Of a stretch of 64,000 nucleotides of DNA, positions 57,365-64,000 are shown piece after piece. Every line of letters starts with the position of its first letter. Position 1 is the first letter of the stretch. The notes under the pieces were generated by a model that was not told the DNA's origin, did no database searches, and was given only the letters and a program-made list of their open reading frames with translations. The DNA lies in the NCBI GenBank assembly GCA_037134915.1, contig JBAXLJ010000003.1, forward strand, positions 81,084 through 145,083. Direction: 5' to 3'. The translations under genes and the position numbers were made by a program. The stretch comes from Candidatus Falkowbacteria bacterium (lineage in GTDB: Bacteria > Patescibacteriota > Patescibacteriia > Patescibacteriales > UBA12465).

Positions 57365-57507
57365 GATTTCTAATTTTTAAGGTTCTGTAATCTATTATAG
57401 ACTCATCCTGATTTAAATGACAACTAAGAAGCCTTGTCCAACCAGTGACAAAAGAGTATAATTATTTAATTGCACCCTTATAATATTACCTAACCCAGCT
57501 TAATTTT

Positions 57508-57906
57508 ATGAAAAATAAGAACCAAAAAATAATTATTATTTTAATAGCGGTTATCCTAATTGCCTTAGCTTTTATAATAATCAGTCAACCAGCGCAATCT
57601 ACGAAAGAAACTAAGGAATCGAACGTAACCCTAGAAAACGGCGTTCAGGTTGCTCACATGACTGAATCAGCTAGCGGCTATACTCCTAATTCTTTTACCC
57701 TTAAAAGGGGGGTTCCGGCCAATATAATAGTCGAGGCTAAGGATCCTTACTCTTGCGCCAGTGTTTTAATTGTTCCTAAATATAAGATTCGAGAATTCTT
57801 AAAAGCCGGAGAAAATACCATCAGCTTTACCCCTCAAGAAACCGGACCGATAAAATTTGCTTGCTCGATGGGTATGTATACCGGCACCTTTAACGTTATC
57901 GATTAA
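57508..57906 (+). CDS. Secreted stand-alone cupredoxin-like putative copper-binding domain protein
   Basis: N-terminal TM/signal. NVTLENGVQVAHM...PYSCAS...FACSMGMYTGTFNVID is near-identical in pattern to the first C-terminal domain of the 61642..63492 protein. It carries conserved Cys/Met/His. Confidence 0.5.
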   Translation: MKNKNQKIIIILIAVILIALAFIIISQPAQSTKETKESNVTLENGVQVAHMTESASGYTPNSFTLKRGVPANIIVEAKDPYSCASVLIVPKYKIREFLKAGENTISFTPQETGPIKFACSMGMYTGTFNVID

Positions 57907-57965
57907 TCCTTTAAGGATAGAAAAACAGCGCCGAAAACGGCGCTGTTTTTGATTAAGCAATTGCC

Positions 57966-60900
57966 TTACTTTTTAATCTCGAAATCAGTACCCACAAAAT
58001 GCATCGTATCTAAGAGCGTTTTAGTTTCCGGCAAAATACCGGCGATAATTACGCTGCTGCCAGAAAAATCATCAATTGTATCTCCAACCTTAGTAAATTC
58101 CTTATTTTTAATCATCATCTTAGCATCGCTAAAGCCAATGTAAACTGGCAAGTAACGTTTACTGCTGAGCCAGATGGGATCAAAATTAGTAATAGCATTT
58201 TTTATTTTATCCGGTAAACCATCTTTACCTTTATAAAATATATCCACACTACCATCTTCGGAAACGACTTGAATTGAAGCCGCGCTGGTCATCTTGTTTA
58301 AGGTATTTTTATTTACTAAATGATAATTATCAATCAAGGTTCCAGTTGGTTCTAAAATACCAACCACTTTAATACTTGGCAAACCAAAAAAATTAGACAA
58401 ACTATCGCCGATACCTTTAATTAGTTTCTCCTTTTTCATCATCATGCCTTCTTCATAACCCACAATAAGCTCGTTGTCACCTAGGACTAAAGTTCCCTCT
58501 TTAGCCTTAAGCGAACTCGGCAAACTGTCGACTCCTAAAAATAATTTAGGATTATTTTCAGCAAAATTAATTTTCGACGGACTTTCTGCTAAGAAATTAT
58601 TAAGACTAGTGGCTGTTTGCGCCGAGACTAAAAGCGCCATGCCAGAATTTTCCATATTGGAGCTGATTTTGGCGAACTCAAAGAAACCAAAAGTAAAGAC
58701 AACAACCATCACAAAGGGTGCCACCAAAGACAGGTAGTTCCGTTTATTTGGCTTGAAATATTTAAGCAGCAACGAATTGCCTACCACCGAAATAGAACTC
58801 ATTGCCATCGCCAGTCCGGCTAATTCCGGCTTTAAAACCAAACCGTAAGCGGTAAAGATACGCGCTGCAATCGGAATACCAATAACATTATAAAACAAAG
58901 CGAAGAACATATTCTGTTTGATCTTGGCCATTGTTTCCTTAGACAACTGAAAGGCGGTCACAACATCATTTAAGTCATTTCTCATAATAACGATGCCGCC
59001 TGTTTCCATGGCCACATCCGTGCCGGACCCCATAGCAATTCCTAAATCAGCTTGAGCTAGAGCCGGAGCATCATTAATACCATCACCAACCATAGCTACT
59101 TTTTTATTGGCTTGCTGCAATTTTTTAACTTCATTCGCTTTTTCTTCAGGTAACACCTCGGCTAAAACGTGGTCAATACCGACTGAGGCGGCAATGGCCC
59201 TGGCCGTACGTTCGTTGTCACCGGTAATCATATAAACAGTAATGCCTAGTTTTTTTAATTTAGACACCGCCGCAGCGGAACTCGGCTTAACGGTATCGGC
59301 CACCGCTACTGACCCTAATATTTTTTCCGAAGTCGCCAGTAACATAGCCGTTTTACCCTGCTCTTCTAACTTAGTTAATTTGCGATTTACTTTATCAATT
59401 GAGTGTCCTAAAACATCCGTCATTAACCTTCGGTTGCCAAAATAATATTCAATATCATTAATTATTCCTTTAACTCCATGACCGGCGATAGCGGAGAAGT
59501 TTTTAACTTCACTCAGTGCCACCGATTCTTCATTGGCGTAAGAATAAATAGCTTCCGCTAGCGGGTGCTCTGATTGTTTTTCTAAACTAGCAGCGACCAT
59601 CAAAATTTCATCTTCATCAAGATTATCAAAAGTAATAATGTCGGTAACTTCCGGCTTACCTTTAGTGAGAGTCCCCGTCTTATCAAAAATAACCGTATCA
59701 ATGTGACAAGCCGCTTCTAGCGGTTCACCGCCTTTAACTAAGATGCCATACTCCGCCCCTTTACCGGTGCCCACCATTAAAGATGTCGGTGTGGCTAAAC
59801 CTAAAGCGCAGGGACAAGCAATCACAATTACAGCCGTAAAAGCCATCAAAGCGAAAGATAAAGTCGCACCTAAAAAGAAATACCAAACTACAAAAGTAAT
59901 AATAGCTAGACTAATTACCGTGGGGACAAAGACCGCAGAAATTTTATCGGCGAAACCTTGAATCGGCGCCTTAGAACCCTGAGCGTCCTCAATCAAGCGA
60001 ATAATCTGAGCCAAGGCTGTTTCATTGCCAATTTTATTAACTACAAATTCAAAGCTCCCGGTCTTATTAACGGTGGCACCAATAACATTATCACCTTCCT
60101 TTTTTTCAACCGGCAAACTCTCGCCGGTAATCATCGATTCATCAATGGCGGATGTTCCTTTAACAATTTGACCATCAACTGGAATTTTTTCACCCGGACG
60201 AACAATAACAATATCACCGCGAACCACCTCTTCAATCGCAATATCCGAAGTAACTCCGTTTCTTATCACCCGCGCCGTCTTAGCCTGCAGGCCCATTAAT
60301 TTTTTAATAGCATCACCGGTTTTACTTTTAGTTCTAATTTCTAACCACTTCCCCAAAATTACAAAAGTAATTAAATAGGCGGCGGTTTCAAAATATAGTT
60401 CCGGAATTTTACCGCCAAGACCAATAATTGACCGCGTCTTAATAAAGTAGCTGACAAAATTAACCAAGCTATAAATAAAAGCCGTGGAAGTACCAATAGC
60501 AATCAGACTATCCATGTTAAAGGTCTTCATTTTAAGCGAGGCCCACATCCCTTGATAAAACCTGGCCCCAATAATGAATTGAATCGGTAGGGTTAAGATA
60601 AGCGAAGTAATGCCGACATAGGGCAGAAGGGCTTCCTTGCCCGGAATAGCGAAGAAATCAAGTAACATAAAATACAGCATCGGCAAGCTTAGGGCAAAAC
60701 TAAGCCAAAAACTTTTAGCATAGTTTTTAGTTTCCTGTTCACGTTTACGTCTTTCATAATCAGCATCTTTAGCATCAACCATTTCTGCTTTATACCCGGC
60801 CTTAGAAACGGCTTCAATTAATTTTTGAGAGTTAACTTGAGACTCATCGTAAATAATATTAGCTTTTTCAGCGGCAAAATTAACGCTAGCTGAGCTGACT

Positions 60901-61412
60901 CCAGGCACTTTCTTAAGCGAGCGCTCAATAATATTGGCGCAAGATGAACAATGCATCCCAAAAAGAGATAGATTAACTCTTTGATTTGAATTCTGGTTCA
61001 AGGGTTTTACTGCCGTTACTTCCGGTTGAAAAGTTGTTTGAGAAATCTGAGATTTATTTATAGTGCTCCCAATCTGATTAACTATTCGTTCAATATCAGG
61101 ATGATTTTCCGGAATAATAAATTCCGCTGTCGTTTTAGTTTCCAGTCTAACTTTTAAAGGTTCGGCACTTTTAGAAATTGTGATTTTATTGGACTCGCCC
61201 ACAATTTCGGCTTCGTAACCGGATTTTTTTATTGAATCAATTATATCAGCCGGACTGTTTTTTGAATCATCAAGCATTAACTGGCCAGCGCCCGTCTTAA
61301 AATCAACCTCAAGCTCGCTCACGCCGGGAAGGTCGGCTAAATCTTCCTTAATAATCATCTCACAAGATGCGCAATGCATCCCCTTTATTTTAAGTAATAT
61401 TTTGCTAATCAT
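57966..61412 (-). CDS. copA: Copper-translocating P1B-type ATPase with two N-terminal HMA domains, fused to an extra TM helix and a ~290-aa C-terminal domain
   Basis: Two GMHCxSC HMA motifs. The TGE actuator is present. CPC is in [19 protein letters not shown] and GDGINDAP are present. After the last canonical TM ([19 protein letters not shown]) comes an additional hydrophobic helix ([21 protein letters not shown]) and then 290 aa with no motif. Confidence 0.85.
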   Translation of the reverse strand: MISKILLKIKGMHCASCEMIIKEDLADLPGVSELEVDFKTGAGQLMLDDSKNSPADIIDSIKKSGYEAEIVGESNKITISKSAEPLKVRLETKTTAEFIIPENHPDIERIVNQIGSTINKSQISQTTFQPEVTAVKPLNQNSNQRVNLSLFGMHCSSCANIIERSLKKVPGVSSASVNFAAEKANIIYDESQVNSQKLIEAVSKAGYKAEMVDAKDADYERRKREQETKNYAKSFWLSFALSLPMLYFMLLDFFAIPGKEALLPYVGITSLILTLPIQFIIGARFYQGMWASLKMKTFNMDSLIAIGTSTAFIYSLVNFVSYFIKTRSIIGLGGKIPELYFETAAYLITFVILGKWLEIRTKSKTGDAIKKLMGLQAKTARVIRNGVTSDIAIEEVVRGDIVIVRPGEKIPVDGQIVKGTSAIDESMITGESLPVEKKEGDNVIGATVNKTGSFEFVVNKIGNETALAQIIRLIEDAQGSKAPIQGFADKISAVFVPTVISLAIITFVVWYFFLGATLSFALMAFTAVIVIACPCALGLATPTSLMVGTGKGAEYGILVKGGEPLEAACHIDTVIFDKTGTLTKGKPEVTDIITFDNLDEDEILMVAASLEKQSEHPLAEAIYSYANEESVALSEVKNFSAIAGHGVKGIINDIEYYFGNRRLMTDVLGHSIDKVNRKLTKLEEQGKTAMLLATSEKILGSVAVADTVKPSSAAAVSKLKKLGITVYMITGDNERTARAIAASVGIDHVLAEVLPEEKANEVKKLQQANKKVAMVGDGINDAPALAQADLGIAMGSGTDVAMETGGIVIMRNDLNDVVTAFQLSKETMAKIKQNMFFALFYNVIGIPIAARIFTAYGLVLKPELAGLAMAMSSISVVGNSLLLKYFKPNKRNYLSLVAPFVMVVVFTFGFFEFAKISSNMENSGMALLVSAQTATSLNNFLAESPSKINFAENNPKLFLGVDSLPSSLKAKEGTLVLGDNELIVGYEEGMMMKKEKLIKGIGDSLSNFFGLPSIKVVGILEPTGTLIDNYHLVNKNTLNKMTSAASIQVVSEDGSVDIFYKGKDGLPDKIKNAITNFDPIWLSSKRYLPVYIGFSDAKMMIKNKEFTKVGDTIDDFSGSSVIIAGILPETKTLLDTMHFVGTDFEIKK

Positions 61413-61414
61413 AT

Positions 61415-61630
61415 TTATTTAACTATTTTATAAGAAGTGCCTTCAAAGCTGTTTTGTAAAGTTTCTTGGCTGATTTCGATTTCACTTTCAATTTTCGCCT
61501 CACCACTCATTAGATTAATATCCACATTTTTTACTCCCGGAACTTTCAAAAGTCTTTTGGAGGCTAATTTAACACAAGCTTCACAAGTTAAACCAGTTAA
61601 TTTTAAATTTATATTATTCATATTATTCAT
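61415..61630 (-). CDS. copZ: Copper chaperone CopZ-like HMA domain protein
   Basis: [23 protein letters not shown] is the MxCxxC HMA fold. It is 71 aa. Confidence 0.8.
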   Translation of the reverse strand: MNNMNNINLKLTGLTCEACVKLASKRLLKVPGVKNVDINLMSGEAKIESEIEISQETLQNSFEGTSYKIVK

Positions 61631-61639
61631 ATTATTAAT
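61613..61639. repeat. Short tandem repeat (attattcat x2, then attattaat)
   Basis: Three consecutive 9-bp units at 61613-61621, 61622-61630 and 61631-61639. It encodes the MNNMNN start of copZ. Confidence 0.8.
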
Positions 61640-61641
61640 AA

Positions 61642-63492
61642 TTATTCAACTTTTATAGTTCCATGGGGGACATTCATGGCGCAGGTAATTAGATAGCTGC
61701 CTGGAGTTTGCGGAGTAAATTCCATCACAATTGTTTTCCCCGCCTCAAAGCGCTGAACATTTTGATAGAGACTCTGGATTTGAATTGTTCCCATACAACC
61801 CGCTCCGTCCTCTTTAGCCGCAATCTCGAAACGCACTGGCTGACCGGCTTTTACGGTAAAACTATTTGGTTGAAGATCACCGGCCACAGTATAAGACGCT
61901 TTAATAAGCTGCACATTGTCGGAAACCACAGCTTTTGTATCGGTCGTATTTGGTACAATTTTGGCGCCGCCACCACAAGAGCCGCTACCACCACCGCAAC
62001 CGCAGCCACCGCCATTACCTGTACTAGCAACTGCCGCCCTAACACCACAAGAGCCGCTACCGCGACTAAGCGTCGGAGCGACCGTAGAGTTATCGCTAAC
62101 ACTAGGGCCAGAAGCATTATCATCATAAACATTAAAAACGCCGGTATACATTCCCATTGAACAAGAAAAAGATAGTTTACCGACTGAGTCCGGGATAAAT
62201 TCAATTATATTTTCACCAGCGACTAAATTTTTAGAAATATTTAACGCCGGCATCATAATTGAGCTGGCACAAGAATAAGGCTCCTTAGCGTCAATTACCC
62301 ATTTAACTGGCACTCCTTTTTTAATCGAAAAACTATTAGGTGTGTAGCCGTTACCGGTTTCTGCCATATGGACTACCTGAACGCCGTTTTCTAAAGTCAC
62401 ATTAGGATCACTAACTGTATTTTCTGAACTGGTATTATTAGCGCCAAAACTTTCTAAACTTAAACTAGCTAAGGTATAGCCATTATTTAAATTAAACAAA
62501 GCAAAGAAAATTACGGCTACACCCGCCACCTGAAAAAATCTTTCTTTAAATTTACCTTTTACTAAAGAAGTTAGGCCGCCAATACTAAGCAATCCGGGGG
62601 CGGTGCCTAAAGCAAATAAACCCATAACTAAAGCCCCGGACCAAAAATTTCCGGTACTCACCGCGTAAAGCTGCATCGCCTGGGTAAAACCGCAAGGCAA
62701 GAAAAAAGTTAAACCACCGATTATCATCGCTTGTGTATGACTATAGGTTTCTTTCTTCTGACCAAAACCCAAAGCCTTAGCGATTCCCTTAGGTAAAGTG
62801 AATTTAAAGTTATTCAAACGGGGAAAAATATTAATTAACTGTAAGCCCATAATTAACATCACGACCCCGATAATTAAAGTCAAAATTCCATTCGCTAGCG
62901 TTGAAAAGCGGAAGATAGTGCCTAAAGCACCTAATAATCCACCAAGAAAAGCGTAAGACAAAATTCTTCCCGCCACGAAGTATAGGTGGGGTATAAATTT
63001 TTGAGCCGAGGTAGATTCCGGATGAGCTTCAGCAAATTTAGTAGACAGCCCCAAAGACAAACCGCCAACTAAAGCCATACAAGTTGAGAAGCCTGCCACC
63101 AGCCCAATAACAACCACTAAGCCAAAGCTAGGACTACTCATATCTGAGCCTACGTTAATATTCGTTAGACCCAAAGCTTTAAGAATTAACAAGAGACCAA
63201 TCACTATTAAAAAAGCGATGCCTAAATTAACGTATTCTGTTTTGTTACTAGTAATAAAAGGCAGCTTACCAGTCTGACCTATTTCATAACCGGCATCTAC
63301 TACCGCTTTTTTTAGCAGGTTTAAATCTGGAGAGTTGCCGTCATAATGAATTACAGCCTCATTATTTTTATGGCTAACGTCAACATTTTTAACTCGAGGA
63401 ATTTCTCTGAGATTTTCTTCAATCAGTAGTTCGCAAGAACGACAATGCATACCTTTAATAGGTAGCGTGATACATTTATTATTTTGAGACAT
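61642..63492 (-). CDS. HMA domain fused to a CcdA/DsbD-like multi-TM permease and two C-terminal cupredoxin-like domains joined by a Cys/Gly-rich linker
   Basis: N-terminal GMHCRSC HMA. Roughly 8 TM helices with intramembrane Cys (GFSTCMALVGG and FFLPCGFTQAM). Domain 1 is NVTLENGVQVVHM...FSCSMGMYTGVFNVYD. The linker is SGSCGVRAAVASTGNGGGCGCGGGSGSCGGG. Domain 2 is ...GAGCMGTIQI...ITCAMNVPHGTIKVE. Confidence 0.6.
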   Translation of the reverse strand: MSQNNKCITLPIKGMHCRSCELLIEENLREIPRVKNVDVSHKNNEAVIHYDGNSPDLNLLKKAVVDAGYEIGQTGKLPFITSNKTEYVNLGIAFLIVIGLLLILKALGLTNINVGSDMSSPSFGLVVVIGLVAGFSTCMALVGGLSLGLSTKFAEAHPESTSAQKFIPHLYFVAGRILSYAFLGGLLGALGTIFRFSTLANGILTLIIGVVMLIMGLQLINIFPRLNNFKFTLPKGIAKALGFGQKKETYSHTQAMIIGGLTFFLPCGFTQAMQLYAVSTGNFWSGALVMGLFALGTAPGLLSIGGLTSLVKGKFKERFFQVAGVAVIFFALFNLNNGYTLASLSLESFGANNTSSENTVSDPNVTLENGVQVVHMAETGNGYTPNSFSIKKGVPVKWVIDAKEPYSCASSIMMPALNISKNLVAGENIIEFIPDSVGKLSFSCSMGMYTGVFNVYDDNASGPSVSDNSTVAPTLSRGSGSCGVRAAVASTGNGGGCGCGGGSGSCGGGAKIVPNTTDTKAVVSDNVQLIKASYTVAGDLQPNSFTVKAGQPVRFEIAAKEDGAGCMGTIQIQSLYQNVQRFEAGKTIVMEFTPQTPGSYLITCAMNVPHGTIKVE

Positions 63493-63554
63493 AAAAAATT
63501 ATTATTAATTTAAACAAGAAAAAATAGACAGGTTAACTGTTTAACAATAATTAA

Positions 63555-63989
63555 TTATATACGAAGAATAGTTGATTTAAGCACAGCTAACTCAGGAGGC
63601 GGTATTAGCGGATTAAGATAAATAATTGATTTTGAAACTAAGGTTAACGAAGCTTTTTCCTTAAAAAAATCACCAAGAAAAGATTGACCAATCTTTGATG
63701 ATTTAGATATATTTAAGACACTAAGATGTCCGTCATTTAGACAGCAAGAAGAGGCGGTGCCATGATGCAAAGACCCGGGCAGCGTTAGCAGTTCGGTTGA
63801 ACCACTAGATTGAATAGACTGATTACCCTCACAGCCGTCAGCGTCAACTAGAAAGTTGTTAGCGCTGGGTGCTGTTTTAGTTTGATTAAACTCCAAACTT
63901 ATCAGACTATTAAAACAAAAGCCGCTGGCCATAAAAAAGACCGCGCTCACAATTAGAAGAGAAATAATTTTAATAGAATATTTTTTCAT
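63555..63989 (-). CDS. Small secreted Cys/His-containing hypothetical protein
   Basis: Signal peptide (IISLLIVSAVFFMASG). HHGTASSCCLNDGHL is a possible metal-binding patch. It is 144 aa. Confidence 0.35.
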   Translation of the reverse strand: MKKYSIKIISLLIVSAVFFMASGFCFNSLISLEFNQTKTAPSANNFLVDADGCEGNQSIQSSGSTELLTLPGSLHHGTASSCCLNDGHLSVLNISKSSKIGQSFLGDFFKEKASLTLVSKSIIYLNPLIPPPELAVLKSTILRI

Positions 63990-64000
63990 GGGGAGACGCT

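Noticed and set aside
61708-62204. Three overlapping ORFs (61708..62160 +, 61851..62204 -, 61916..62128 +) with Ala/Pro/Thr-rich translations
   Set aside because: They arise from the locally GC-rich segment that encodes the Gly/Cys linker of the 61642..63492 protein. GC-rich DNA has few stop codons, so long spurious frames appear.
1-64000. CRISPR arrays, rRNA operons, transposases, integrases and prophage structural genes
   Set aside because: No regularly spaced direct repeats were found. No rRNA-like conserved stretches were found. No DDE, tyrosine or serine recombinase motifs appear in any ORF. The only tRNA-flanked segment lacks an integrase.

Overview
This 64 kb window is AT-rich and densely packed with minus-strand genes. 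It looks like a reduced, CPR/Patescibacteria-like genome: pyruvate kinase and RmlA are short, Shine-Dalgarno signals are weak, and there are many large membrane-anchored hypothetical proteins. That lineage call is inference. I found no rRNA, CRISPR array, transposase or integrase.

The housekeeping backbone is recognisable from protein motifs:
- partial rpsB at the window start
- Fe/Mn superoxide dismutase, rlmN, eno, pyk, tgt
- a dcw cluster (mraZ, rsmH, ftsL, ftsI, murF)
- tsaB-like, dus and cysS
- folC-like, rnhB, typA/bipA, an ABC-F ATPase and rarA
- an rmlA/rmlD plus glycosyltransferase envelope cluster
- two tRNAs, Val-CAC and Leu-CAG

The most interesting locus is a tightly packed four-gene operon (932..5554, minus strand). 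It encodes a PP2C phosphatase, an atypical Ser/Thr kinase with a zinc ribbon and a large C-terminal domain, and a vWA protein, which together match the TerY-P anti-phage triad. A nicotinamidase (PncA)-like cysteine hydrolase sits between the kinase and the vWA gene. The operon is flanked by its own sigma-70-like promoter and an intrinsic terminator.

A second candidate system is a two-gene operon (47149..49522) pairing a MORC/paraMORC-type GHKL ATPase with an unknown partner.

Other notable points:
- a copper-handling cluster at the 3' end with unusual fusions: CopA with an extra TM helix and a ~290-aa C-terminal domain, and an HMA-permease with two cupredoxin-like domains joined by a Cys/Gly-rich linker
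- an orphan promoter, 43-codon ORF and terminator unit on the opposite strand at 8528..8770
- a sigma-70 region 4 and HARE-HTH fusion protein
- a Kazal-like secreted protein
- a dGTPase-like HD hydrolase
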